This document shows, in pieces, positions 12,256-25,559 of a DNA stretch of 64,000 nt. The translations under genes and the position numbers were made by a program. The DNA is taken from positions 1 to 64,000 of the forward strand of contig NW_026936931.1 of assembly GCF_032062105.1 (NCBI RefSeq). The letters run 5' to 3'. This DNA comes from Saccostrea cucullata. Lineage: Eukaryota. The notes beneath the pieces were generated by a model, which was not told where the DNA came from, searched no databases, and saw nothing but the letters and a program-made list of their open reading frames with translations. The number at the start of each line of letters is the position of its first letter. Positions within the stretch are counted from its first letter, which is position 1.

Positions 12256-14167
12256 TATTTCCATTTCCAACTGTTTTCTCTATGACAAACAATACAAAAG
12301 TGAATCTTGTTCATTTCTTCGTGATTCCTGTGGCATGTAAATTTCTAAAAATATCTTTACTTATATGGTCTTCAAATTCTCTTATCAAAATCTTGTGAAT
12401 TGGTATTAGTTTTAAGTGATTTTTCAGGGCATACCATTAAGTCACGGAGCAACAAAACCTTCGACGTCACAGGCATAAGGCATTTATAAAAAAAAAAAAA
12501 CAATGGGATTCAGCTTTCATTTTCTAAACATTTTCCAAAGAGTACCTGTACTGTTTGAGTTACCTTATCTACTCAACATCCAAACACTATTTCTTGTCAA
12601 ACATAAAATCTATTAAAAAAATAAAAATAAAATCTTTTTTGTGTTTTAAAACCAAAAGCTGCAGGTATTTATGAGATATAGTGTAATATTGGTGGCTCTC
12701 AATCACGTTCTTTACAGTCGGGATAAAGTTTTCGTCGATAACCTTCTTCCCGTCCTCCCGTATAGCCTTTTTGCAGAGGTCTAACGGTATAAAATTTCAA
12801 TTTCCTTTTGTGGACGAATGTCACGAATAACCTAGTTAACTACATGTTATATTATGCATAGTTTTGATCTATGTTGGCGATATCTCGAGCATTACACATA
12901 ATTTAACAAAAACGTGGTGCGCCGTCAATTCACGAGACGTCATTTTCAGTCGTTTACCCGAAAATCGCATAAGAGAAAAATACCTATGTTTCTCTTTGTA
13001 CTTCAAATATCACGTCAGAAATCTAAATACACAATAATAAAACAATTTAAAGATACATTTGAGAAAATTGTCGAAAAATATCGCGAATTATAGAAAATTG
13101 ATGAGTTAAGTTTTGGATTCCGCATGTGTTTGCTTCAAATTTTTTGTCGTGCTCCGTACCTCTCCATAAGCGATATCAACAAACCGATAATTTTAGTAGA
13201 ATTTTTTTAAAATACAAAAATGTTGCCCAAAATTTAGTGGATTCTTTAAGATACATACTTCTGTGAAGTTTCATAACTATATATGACGTCTATAAGAGTA
13301 AATAATAGCACAGTCCGCGTAATTTTTGAACAACCCTCGTATGATATATCTTTTTACAAACAAAACAAATAATGAATTATCTTCGGATCTAAAGCAAGTC
13401 ATTGGCGCAACGCTGTCCATTATCACCGAGGCCTCGCGAGACCGAGAACTTCACTTCCGTAAACATGGTAAGCAACCAATCTGAACCACGTGGAGAAATC
13501 GGCATTGCCACATAGATCATCCAATACAAACATTGTCCCTCAGTCATTTACCACCCAACTTCTTACGCAATTTAACGTCCTCTATTATTTTAAACACACA
13601 ATTCCGTTTCCTGACCATGCTGACCAACTCCTGTTTCATCAACTGCAACATTGCATTCAATATGGCGGCAGAGAAGTGGCCCAGGGCCTATACACGTGTT
13701 CATGCTTCCGACAACCAAAATCTAGGTCACATATAAAATCTAAATTAGCAAGATTGATTTGATTGTAATGTAAAATTTTTTTGTTGTTTATCTTACAAAT
13801 GTTGATATTTGACTGCAGTAAAACTAAATAATCATTAAATTTGTTTCGAGTTTGTATGGGACTTTTTTTTATAGTAATATTTGACGTAAAGGGGTGGAGC
13901 AATGGAAAATAACATGGGATGCCTCATGCATTTCAAATCTACTACATTAGACGGTATTTTGATTTATTTTAAGATTGTTATTTCAAGTAAAAATGGAAAT
14001 ATAAGGAATCACTGTTTAGTTAGGAAAGTATGCCAGAGACATCAAAAATAGTTGGAAACGGGATAATTTTAGCATAACGGGCTTCGCCCTATATGCAAAT
14101 TATCCCATGTTTCCCACTATATTGTTGATGCCCTGGCATACTCTCCTAATTAGACAGTGAATCCTTA
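12256..14167. mobile_element. Non-autonomous element X2 (subterminal IR plus ~165-bp terminal palindrome)
   Basis: TATTTCCATTT at 12256 and AAATGGAAATA at 13991 form an inverted pair, followed by the near-perfect palindrome 14002-14167. Absent from duplicate B. Confidence 0.55.
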
Positions 14168-14295
14168 AATATATACATTAACAAGATATTGCACATACAT
14201 TACAAGTTTGTAGAACATACATCACAAGATTTCGAATATATATCACAAGATATTGAACAATATTAAGCTTAAAGTAATTCAATACAATATCTTGC

Positions 14296-14439
14296 CTTAT
14301 GAACTGATACATGCAGTGCTTTTGTACGTTCCCATTTTATAATAAACCATCCGGGTGTGACAATGGCCCCAAGCCAAAGGCAAAAAGTGAGAGATACTGA
14401 CACCAACACAAGCACTGCTGGGGGTCTTTTCTCATGCAT
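14296..14439 (-). CDS. Tetraspan gene A, coding exon 1
   Basis: ATG at 14439. Encodes MHEKRPPAVLVLVSVSLTFCLWLGAIVTPGWFIIKWERTKALHVSVHK (TM1 plus TPGW). Donor AAG|GCAAGA. The spliced CDS totals 747 nt and is open. Confidence 0.75.
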
Positions 14440-16301
14440 CCCGACAAACTGAAATTGAATATGATTGCGAACATCGTGCGGTTAGAGGAACAAATAAGTT
14501 TAATTTATTAACAATAAAAAGATGTGTAATTTATGTAAACTAAGTTTATTTTCTTTACTTTATTAAGGTATTCTCATTCAAACAATGTTTAGGTTGAAAA
14601 CATTTTACACATTTTATCGTTTGTATGTACAACGAGAATTCAACTAAAAAGCAATTATCGATTATATAAGACAATTAAACGTATTTCGGAAATGTCCTAC
14701 GTCGGATTTTTAGTAAAACATTTGTTTTATGAAAGCATTAATTCCTGACTAGTTTCATATGGAAAATATATATATTGTACTTACCTTAGAAAAAATACCA
14801 CGTAAATTGCAAACCCGGACGTTATGCTGCAGTTCGAGCAATAAATAAGTCTACCTGTGTTAACGTTTAACATGCATATATACATTTGATTTTAGAGATA
14901 GCTGGATTTTATGTCAAGAAAAATACCCTTTTTTGAATTTCTCCTGCAGCTTCATGTGTTTTTTATCTTTCTTTTAAAACATAAAATTGAATGCACTAGC
15001 TGTCAGAGACAATTTAGAAATAAATTTTATTACATTTAACCAAGCAGAAAAAGGTAGACGTGATACCTTTCATTTTCTACAAAACAAATGGTGTACTATG
15101 TAATATGTAAAATAAATTTTAGAAAAAGTTGAAACAAGTATGTTCATTTATTTTTTAAGACGAAAGTTTCATTACGTTTCATTCGTTACAATTTCTGACA
15201 TCAAATAAAAACAATAAAAAACTCTGTCTGAGAAAATTAACAAGATAAGACAGACTGGTATAATTTTAAAAATAATTGTTACTACAAATAATCTTAAAGT
15301 TAAAGATATATATTTTGGATATGATGATAGGACAATTATGTGTAAAAGAAAGAATCTTTAGCTATGAGGATTTGCAGAGCCGTACATGTATACTGTATGC
15401 CTACATGTACATACATTGTAATGACAATTAAATTTATCGGTGAACATTTTTGGTTTGTTAAATTTGTGTAATGTTTATATGCATGCAAAATTGGTGATAG
15501 CACAATAAATTGATAGAGGAATTAAATACACGTATACTTAAAAAATTGAGAAAAAAAACCTCCCTCAAAATATTGACCCTTAAGACACCCCTATAAAATT
15601 GGGTTTGCAAATCAAGTGAACGATCCCATTTTATAAATAATAACAATAAAATATAGGTGATTTTAATGATCAGTGCAGTGTAAATTTAAACATCTGATTT
15701 CTTCTAAAGAAAAAGTTTTAAAAATGCAGAGTTTGGTAAACTTTATACCCTGTCTTTAGCAATAAATAAGCACGTTAGGAGAATTTCTATACATGTACTG
15801 ATAAAGCGGTATTTGTAACATTCCTCTTTTTGTTATATATAGTTATTTTATTTTATATTCTTTACATCAATTGCAAATATTTTGAATAGGATACAAAAAC
15901 AAAATATCATATTTTTAAAAATTTTATTGCACGTACGCTTTGTACAAAATCTGTTAGAAAAAAAATTGGTATAACACGCTCTACCATTCGCAAACAAAAA
16001 TGTTAGTAATGAAAAAAATTATTCACATTCAAGTATAAAGGATACTAAATTTTGTTGGGTTGTTGCAGATGTAATAAGGTGTTAACCGAGGTTTTTTTTT
16101 AAGAAAAAGAAGAATTATTTATATGAAGAAAAATCAAAATTCAGTTGATAAAATAAAGGGAATGTGATGTGGAACCCTTCGTCACTTTCCTATTTCATTT
16201 TTTCGTCTTATGCAAACATACAAAAATATGCACGTTAAAAATCTGATTTCAACTTGATTTTTCTCCTTCAATAATTAATACCTGGTCCTAAACACCGACT
16301 A

Positions 16302-17600
16302 CGAGGGTTGATTTAAAAGTCGCCCGCGTGGTGCAGCGGTTAGAGCGTCTGCTCTAAAGTCGCGGAGTAAGGCGTTGATCTTTACGTCGCGGGTACGAAT
16401 CCCACTGCGGGACGTGGAGACCGGTCCTTCAGGTCACACCATATAAACCAAGGTCCCTTGTCGCAGTAAGTGCTAGCACGAAATCTCTCCCTGCTCAATG
16501 ATCCTGAGTGCTGAGTATAGAACAAAATTTGGAGTTCTCCACCGGCAAGTGGTGACGTCTCCATATGAGTGAAAAGTTCTCGAGAAGGACGTTCAAAAAT
16601 ATAGATAAAATCAACCAATCAACCACAAGTATGTGAATTTAATTGAATTTCTTCTAGTCGACGTAGAACAACAAAATTAATCATGATGAAAACTACATTT
16701 ATTTCAAATCAGACCTGAAAATTTCAATTTAACATGATTAATACATTTTATATGATGGCATTTATATATAAAGTGCGCTACCGCTTGGAAGTCGCCGCAT
16801 CTAAATAACGTCATATATAATGGATACACACCGTCATACATTCCAACTATTCTCTACTGAGAAGTTAATGGCCTGTTTTAATTTTCCCCTCAAACGCGCC
16901 ATCAACTTCAAGAGAATAACATTGAAACGTGTCTCAATAAAAAAATATTTGAGATTTACGAACATGTTCAAAAATTTGTTATTTTTAAAGAATTCTTGGT
17001 TAGGCCACTCGTACATTCACTCTTTTTATAATTAAGTCCTTTGTCAATATTTCTTTATCAGTACACGAGACAAAGTATTCATATCCCTTGCTATACATGT
17101 AATAGGATACACTCATGTCTTTTGACAACATCAGACACCAGTTACTCCTATACGTTTCCGTTTGACCTCTCATCCTTTGGTCTTCCTGTCCTCTGCTGAT
17201 CATTCAATGGCCCATCAAACCGTCCCAAAATCGCTGAAACCAGCTAGAAAAGAGACTTTTTAAAACATTCTTTTCACTGTGAGTCTGATAAACCAATATA
17301 ACTTTCTCTACTAGTAATTTCCCCGTTTGAAGTAAAAATGCAAAATATATTACAACTCCTTGCGACTCCCCACTTTCACCCCCATTTTGACAAGTCCTTT
17401 GTTCAATGCCTCAGAGTGAAACCTTACTGTTTATAATCAAAAATAAAATGAATTTAAGTCAACATTATTAAACCAAAATTTCAATGTTAATTAGATTTTT
17501 ATCAGTGCATATTTTTGGCATGTTACTTAGTATATTTAATAATATGACGCCAAATATAAAAGATATAGACAATGTGACATTACTTTTGGATCAAGCATCG
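16302..17600 (-). mobile_element. Mariner-derived non-autonomous element (copy B) with a SINE inserted just inside the left TIR
   Basis: TA|CGAGGGTTGAT ... TTTTGGATCAAGCATCG|TA; colinear with 32136-33199. Confidence 0.75.
16321..16622 (+). mobile_element. tRNA-derived SINE (Nin/Deu-like)
   Basis: GTGGTGCAGCGGTTAGAGCG A-box, GGTACGAATCCC B-box and CAATCAA tail; paralog of 3511-3801. Confidence 0.75.
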
Positions 17601-17644
17601 TACATATGCTAGTAGGATGTTCTTTGCACATTTACATGATATGT

Positions 17645-17958
17645 TTAAAGATATAGATGATGCATCTCTGTAATTTGGCTTTCTCGCAGAATTGTAAACT
17701 TGTTGGAATTGAAGATCGTACATAATTTCAGCTTTCGACCGTCTGTGGTTTGCTGTCGTCTAATTTTGGTGTACAAATCTACACAGAGGTACAACACAAT
17801 GACATTGGAATATATGCCAATACTGGCAATGACGATGGAGTAAGGGAAATCCATTGAAATACTATTATAATCCCAGCTTAAATCGATGGCATCTAAAAAT
17901 TCGCTTGTTGTTGTGTTCGCCATGCCCATTCGGTAAACCATAATAGATTCAACAACAG
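17645..17958 (-). CDS. Claudin/PMP22-like tetraspan gene B, coding exon 5 (last)
   Basis: ttttttaaag|CT. Encodes AVVESIMVYRMGMAN...MDFPYSIVIASIG...EMHHLYL*. Confidence 0.8.
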
Positions 17959-18094
17959 CTTTAAAAAAAGATTATTAAATACTTGATATAAGAAAACTTC
18001 AATTCGATAACAGGAACGCAATATTATATTTTTTTTTGCATGCATTACTTTATGACTGGAATTGACGTCCAGCTAAGCTCTGACATTGTCTTAC

Positions 18095-18226
18095 CGGCCA
18101 AAAGCACACAAAGCCCCCCTGTTACGACTCGAGAAGAATTTCCAAAGTTCAAGAGCAGGAAAAAGAAGCCAATCACACAAAAATCCAAAACAGAAGTGCC
18201 CTCAATCTTAATTTCCATTAGGTCAG
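18095..18226 (-). CDS. Tetraspan gene B, coding exon 4
   Basis: 132 bp with the same boundaries as gene A. Encodes PDLMEIKIEGTSVLDFCVIGFFFLLLNFGNSSRVVTGGLCVLLA. Confidence 0.8.
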
Positions 18227-18758
18227 CTAAAAAAGGGAGGAAATATTATTAATGTCAGTTAAGTGTGAAGTTTTGCATAACGTCACGATCTTTTTCGACA
18301 AATGCATCCGGTATAAACAATTTACGTGATCAGTCAACTCATATTAAGAACATTGACATGGAAATAGTTTGTTGCTTGAGCGACAAATGAAGGATTGGAA
18401 GAAAGTTCCAGTCGTAAAGCTTGCAGTTAGGAGGCTTGTACTATTTACCTTGAGCGCAACTGTCAATGTAAATCGTGACGTGACGTATTACGTAAAACTT
18501 TACACGTAACTGCAACTTATACATTTAATAACGCAACTATAGCCTAAAAATAAAGATTTTATTTCTTAAAAATGCAAAATAGATTTTTGCAAATGGATGC
18601 ATTCGAGTCAATTCTTTTTAGCGAAGTTTGGGGAATGAAAGATTCTTACTTTAACATAACAGGAAAGAAATGTACTCTTTATATGATTATGTTGATCGTA
18701 AATCTTTAACAAAATATTGAAAATTTTCCGGTTTCAATTTAATGAATTGCTGACTTAC

Positions 18759-18873
18759 GTAGACTGTTTGTTGATTCTGAGGGGATGAAGAGTTTCTTGT
18801 AGTCCACTTGTATGCATGCTCCAGAATCACATTCATTGACGTAAAAGATGCTCATCTCCAGAGAATATTTAAT
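18759..18873 (-). CDS. Tetraspan gene B, coding exon 3
   Basis: ctttccag|ATT ... CTAC|gtaagt. Encodes IKYSLEMSIFYVNECDSGACIQVDYKKLFIPSESTNSL. Confidence 0.8.
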
Positions 18874-20166
18874 CTGGAAAGATTTCGTAAATTATTTTGC
18901 AAACTACAAAGTAAATATATGTTTTCAGAATCTTTATTTAGCTCTCGATGATATAAAATAATTTCATTGAAATACCTGTAATTGCAATCATTGTTACTGC
19001 ATGATTTGTATGATTTAACTGCTCACACAGTGTTTTTTCCGTCATTTTTGCTTTTGTTTACGAGTACTACCCTAACAGACTACTAGGTTGCAAGAGAGAG
19101 TAATTTATCCAGATTTAAAAAAATAGACTCGGAGTAGATAAAATATAAAGCATTCATTCAATCATAAAATCTAAATAATATTTACATATATTCTTTTTAA
19201 TAAGCGGAACTTTCTCTTAAATTTTCATGGTTTATATCATTAACAAATAAGAATAATGGCGAGGATTTAATTTTTGTGAGCAGATTGTTAAGCGAATCCA
19301 AAATTAAATTCTAGCGAATAAAGCACGGTTTACAGTATTTCAAAGATCTGACATGGCAAAAAGAACACATCTGATTTCTATTGTCGTTTATTTCACATTC
19401 CTGTCAATGTTATTTGATCCACCTGATGATCTTGTTTCTTTTTATTTGTCCTCATTCGTTCTCCTCAGCATACGCTCGTAAGTCAAGCTTGTTTATTTGG
19501 GGTTTTTGCCCATCATCCCTCCTAAAACGTTATTTTGGAGAGATTGTCTTGAATTTATGTGAGAAATTAGTTGCACAATCTGAAACAATCTTTTTATTAT
19601 TAGAATACAACAAATAGGAAGTATACATGTAGTTTCAGATCATTTAACAAACTGCATTGGCGATTTTTTTATTCCAACATATACATGTAAATCTTTGCTT
19701 AACAATCTGTACTTATGCATTTTATGCTTATGGTTTAAGGAGGAATGCCACACCAACTTTTAATTTTATAGATCTCCGAGTCAACCTTTTTTAAACAATG
19801 GTTTCAGCATTAAAAGGCCGACATTAGCTCTCAAGTATTTTATATGAATTTTTTCGTATTTATTTCAAAGAAACGAAAAAAAAAATTAAATCTAAATTAG
19901 ATGCTTTCATGTGAAAATTTGCTGTAAATAAATGCATCACATGAATAACTTATAAAATATGTAAAGAAAAATAAATATACACGCATCATGCGTGTATTAA
20001 ATATTTTATCCTATTCATCATGATAAATTAACTTTCAATTAAAAATATGCACTGATGACGGCGGAAGTCACATATACATGTACTGTAGGCTATAAATGTA
20101 TCATAATCAACATTCAAAAAGTTTTGTTAAGGAATTAATGTTGACTTTGTTAATGAGGTTTCTTAC

Positions 20167-20226
20167 CGTTTCAGTATTCAGAGTTTCAGATGTACCGTTC
20201 AACAGAGAGCGTACAAGGGGGTTATA
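20167..20226 (-). CDS. Tetraspan gene B, coding exon 2 (60 bp)
   Basis: ctgttttag|TAT ... ACG|gtaaga. Encodes YNPLVRSLLNGTSETLNTET. Confidence 0.7.
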
Positions 20227-20280
20227 CTAAAACAGAAAAAAGGCATGTTAATTTATCAAAGTAATTTGTTTTGATAGAAC

Positions 20281-20305
20281 CACAGGCTTTTGGGTCGCTA
20301 AAATA

Positions 20306-20336
<31 letters not shown>

Positions 20337-21248
20337 TAAAGGTATGGAACTCTTACACTGGGAACCGAATTTCGCTGCTAAAATATCTTTTTTATTCACA
20401 AACTCTAAAATTCTACTTTCTATTTAAATCTATTCATAGGTGAATTCTTCATTTCTACCAAAGCTCATTCCAAAATTCCCTATATTTCTCGAGATATTTT
20501 GAAATCAATCTCAGAAATGACCTACTTTATTTTACTCGACATTAGCTTGGACCCCTAGCCATTTACATATAAAACACAAAGGTGTTTGAGGTGCAGCGAA
20601 GAGTTGCATAGCATTTGCAAGATCTTTCAACATTTTAAAGTTGATTTCTTGCTTAGGATTGTAAGGTTAAGTCCGTATCAATTCCTTTCGCGGAAAATTA
20701 AGTTAAAAACGTCTGCATCAACAACTACACCGCCATGTTGATTATAAACGTAACAGAAGCTATGGTCGAACGATTTTTCCCCGGAATGCATATATAAATA
20801 TATATCTTTCGATTTTTAGAGCAATTAGACCGCTAAAATGTCGTTTGTGACTTAGTAAGATCATATGATCCAATTAGAGAAAAACCATGTAAAGCTCGAA
20901 TGCAAATGAGCGAATATTCATTTAGTTTAGAATAAACTCCGGGGAAATTTTTTCCTGTCGTTCCCGCTTCATAATTAGTGCAGGGCCCAAGCTGATATCG
21001 AGTGAAAAAAATAAGGTCGATTTCGGAATTTATTTCAGAGTATCTTGAGAAGTAGAAGGAATTACGGAATGAAATTTGGTATTAATGAAGATTTTTATAT
21101 ATGGATAGATATGGATAAAAAGTAAGATTGTAAAGCATTTGATTTAAAAGAATTTTATTGGCGAAAGTAGGTACCCTATGAAAAGAGTTCCATACCTTTA
21201 TTTTTTTTCATCACCTCAATTTTTTTTAAAGCGATCTAAAGGCCTGTG
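20281..21248. mobile_element. Non-autonomous DNA transposon with long imperfect TIRs and an 8-bp TSD (P- or hAT-like)
   Basis: CACAGGC...GCCTGTG termini, ~270-bp degenerate inverted arms, and TSD GATAGAAC at 20273-20280 and 21249-21256. Confidence 0.8.
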
Positions 21249-22189
21249 GATAGAACTTATATAAACATATATCACTGTTAGTAACAAAACATTCGTAATA
21301 GAAGAGGTATCTGCAAGAACATTTATTCTTCAAATACTGAATGATTATTCAGAATCAAGGCAATGGATATTCATTTTCACATCATTACTTGAATAGACAT
21401 CTTATCAAGCCGAGTGAACGTTCATCAGCATTTTAAAAAATCTAATGTACTCTTCGACAAACACCATAATGGCAGCAGAGACATAAATAACATTTTTATT
21501 GATGTCTCAAATAATGGTCACATTCTTTTGAGTCATGTTTCGTAACCTGTAACATTATGAGTAAATTGTAAGTGACAATGGTAAGTAATTTCTTGACAAA
21601 AATAATATTATGATGTAAATATTTCTTTTTTTGATCTGCTTTTATCATTATATGATGTAAGTTTAGTAACTTGACCCCCTTTCTCAAAATTTAATTCATT
21701 TTCATTTTTTTTTTGTTTGATATGCATGCAGCACAAACCCATTCCATCCCTCAAACAGGTTGCCATTTGTCAGGCTTTTGAAAAAAAGTTTTTACGAGTT
21801 TTTTCCCTTATACTTGTCAAAAAAATCCTAAGATATATTTTCTGGAGTAGATTGCATTAATTTGAACGCCACTTAAAATTCCTAGATCCGCGTTCATGTA
21901 TGTAGTATAATTTAAGCAGAGCCTGCCCATAGCTATGGTTATCTTTAACTCTGGGAGAAATGGAATAAAAAACTTACATCCATAATATCTGTTCAGTATA
22001 GAATTTATTTAAATGCTATTTCAATAAAATATTTCAATCAATATATCCATATCCGTTTTATATTTGAGTCATTTATTGTTGAATATATTCGAAAGGAGAT
22101 GACATTTACATTATCAACAAGATAAAGCTTGGCGTTGCACATCACAAAAAGATCCCATACGATACATTCAGGGCGTACTGGTATCGATA

Positions 22190-22830
22190 ATCACGTCATG
22201 TATATTCCTAATCTTGTGATTTATATTCAAAAACTTGTTATGTATGTCCTAAATCTTGTAATGTATATTCTAAATCTTGTGATGTACATTCAAAATCTTC
22301 TGATGTATATTCAAAATCTTAATTGTGATGTATGTTCAATATTTTGTGATGTATATTCAAAAACTTGTGTTGTATATTCTTAAATCTTGTGGTGAATGTT
22401 AAATATATTGTGATGTATATTCAAATCTTGTGATGTCTGTTAGATATATTGTGATGTATATTCAAAAACTTGATGTATATTCTATTATCTTGTGATGTAT
22501 GGTCAATATCTTGTGCATGATGTACATATATTCGAAATCCTGTGACCTATATTCTATAATCTTGTGGTGTATGCGCGAAATCTTGTGATCTATATTCTAC
22601 AATCTTCTGATGTATGATCTAAATCTTGTGATGTATATTCAAAATCTTATGATATTAATTCAAAATCTTGTGATGCATGTTTTACAATTTAGTGATGCGT
22701 GCAATAGTATTGTATTATGGGTAATATGACGCAATAGTATTCTAAGAAAGTAAGGACAATTTCCATTGGTTAGAAATAATGAAAGTATACATAACAAGAT
22801 TTTGAATATAAATCGCAAGATTATCGAATA
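22190..22830. repeat. ~21-bp AATCTTGTGATGTATATTC minisatellite
   Basis: More than 20 degenerate tandem units visible in the sequence. Confidence 0.8.
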
Positions 22831-23016
22831 AAGCAACGCTTTACTTGCCATACAATAGCTAGTAAAAGTACACGATTTATGGAAGATGCACTTCCCATTA
22901 TGACAAGTGCACACCATATAATGACTGAATTACATTAGACTGAATTACATTAGACAGTCCAGGCGTCTCATAAAAGTATCTGTGTAAGCTTATAGCAATT
23001 CAATACAATATCTTGC

Positions 23017-23154
23017 CTTATGAACTGATACAGGTAGTACTCTTGTACATTTTATAATCAACCATCCGGGTGTGATAATGGCCCAAACATAAAGGCAAAA
23101 AGTGAGAGATACTGATACCAACACAGGCACTGCTGATGGCCTTTTCTCCTGCAT
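23017..23154 (-). CDS. Tetraspan gene B, coding exon 1
   Basis: ATG at 23154. Encodes MQEKRPSAVPVLVSVSLTFCLYVWAIITPGWLIIKCTRVLPVSVHK. Donor AAG|GCAAGA. The spliced CDS totals 759 nt and is open. Confidence 0.75.
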
Positions 23155-25559
23155 CCCGACAAACTGAAATTGAATATGTTCAACATCCTGCGATTACAGG
23201 AACAAATATTAAGTTTATGAACAATTAAAAAGTGTGTAATTTATTTAATCTAGTTTACTTTTCTTTACTTTATTAAGGTATTCTAATTCAAACAATGTTT
23301 AGGTTTAAAACATTTTACACATTTTATCGTTTGTATATACGACAAAAATTCAACTAAAATACAACTAACAATTATATAAGACAATTAAACATATGTCGGA
23401 AATGTCTTACGTCAGATTTTTAGAAACACTTTTGTTTTATGAAAGCATTAATTCTTACCAGTAAGAAAGAAGGCCACGTAAACTGTAAACCCGGATGTTC
23501 TGCTGCAGGTCGATCATTTAATAAGTCTACCTGTGTGCAACAAGCATATATACATTTGATTTTAGAGATAGATGGATTTTACGACAAGAAAAATACCTTT
23601 ACTTTGAATTTATCCTGCAAGGTATGTGATCTTTCTTAAAAACCATAAAATTTAATGTACTAGCTGTAAGAGAAAATTTAGAAATAAATTTTTTCACATT
23701 TACCCAAGCAGAAAAATGTAAGCAAGACACCTTTCTTTTTCTTAGTTTGTTTACAAAAGTACAAAAAAAAAAAAAATGGTGTACTTAGTAAAACATAAGA
23801 TTTAAAATTTTTGAAAAAGTTGAAAAAACTATTTATCTTCATTTATTTTAAAAGAAGAAAGTATCACTACGTTCTATTCGTTACAATTTCCGACATAAAA
23901 TAAAAACAATAAAAGAAAAAAGGAAAAATTTATGAGAAAATTTACAGGAAAAGAAATACTGGTAGAATTTTAAAAAAACAATTGTTATGCCTACTACAAA
24001 TAATAAAAAATTTAAAGATATCTATATTCGTTATGAAGATAGGACAATTATGTGAAGAAGAAAGAAACTAGCTATAACGATTTGCAGAGCCGTACATGTA
24101 CATTGTATGCCTACATACATTGTAATGACAATTAAATTAATCGGTGAACAGTTTTGTTTTGTTGTGTAATGTTTATATGCATGCAAAAGAGGTGATTCCA
24201 CAATACATTGATTTAAACTATATAATGCTTTCTTTGTTTGTTATTACTGGAATCAACGGAAGCAGCTGTTGCAAATATTTTTTGCATTACGTACCGAATT
24301 TTCCGTCATTTTAGTTGAATTATTCCCCTAAAATAATTGCTTACATCAGGAACTCTACTTTCGATTTTTCAGAATAGTGCATTACGCATGAGCAATGACG
24401 GAAAAAGAAAATACCAAGAATCAATGGGTACCACGAATTGATGAGAAACGACCATAAACATATCACATGGATTTATACATATTAACTCTTAATACCTTTT
24501 ACTCTTATCCTCAAAACCTACCAAAACAACTCTTTCAAGCTCATATCAGAATCATGTCGCTCTATGTTGAAATCTTTAAATAACTTATCATTTCCAACCT
24601 GGGATGCTTTTGTTTATACTAGTTTGTTTTAGCGTATTTCGATTCCGATAAAATTTTGAATGCAACTTATTGTTTGGGGAGAAAAGCAGGATTTTTTTTA
24701 GGTGGGAAAGGAGGCCTTTTGCACCTGTGAATGAGGACGGAGTTTGGTCCTGCCTTGGGTAGTGGGAAATCCTAGCTTGTATATTTTAATCATGCAGTAC
24801 TCGAATATGAAATGGATACTGCCCTCTTTGTACACATGTACTGATAATTACAAAAAGATAATATACATGTATCATACCGTAAAATGAGATTTCCCTGTAT
24901 GTTAGGTGTAGTGTTGGCCAACATTGGTAAACTAATTATAGTACACATGCATGTGCATGGAATTAGAAGACATAAAATATGTGTTTCTGATAGGACTGGA
25001 ATAATTCATGAAACTAGTACTGTCACTCAGCTGTTACTGAACTACTAAATGAGGATATAAGAAACTGGCCTATATACTCTAAGACAATATTCCCTTTGTT
25101 TGTGATTTTAGATTGTAAAAGATGGCGGCACCGCATCCGATATAGGCCGACACAGGTCAACTAAAACTTTGTAAATTGTAGATTTTATACCGATTGTAGC
25201 ACAGGGTACTGACAAATGACATCACAATGACATCATGTAATTTTGAATATATTGTTTTTACTCTGTTTCTTATTATTATTATTATTCTTTTTTCACTTAT
25301 TTCTTCTCCGGTACTTTTATTCGGAAGTGTTCCAGAAACTGTTCACCAAACTAAGTTAAAACCTTTTTAGGGTTAATGGGTGTGTATTAGGTGTGCGGAA
25401 CGAAGGTCATTTTGCCCGCATAAAATTGCACGTGCGGGCGTTTTTAAGTTAGTGAAATGACTGATATACAATATGGCCATTTTTTTACATTTTTTGATGA
25501 AATGCTTTGAAACTCATTATATAAGTATATATTAATAGTGTAGATAAATGAATGGTCAA

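Noticed and set aside
13440-13700. Promoter-like motifs (ACTTCCG, AATATGGCGGC) and short ORFs
   Set aside because: They lie within an inserted element and no downstream exon structure could be built.
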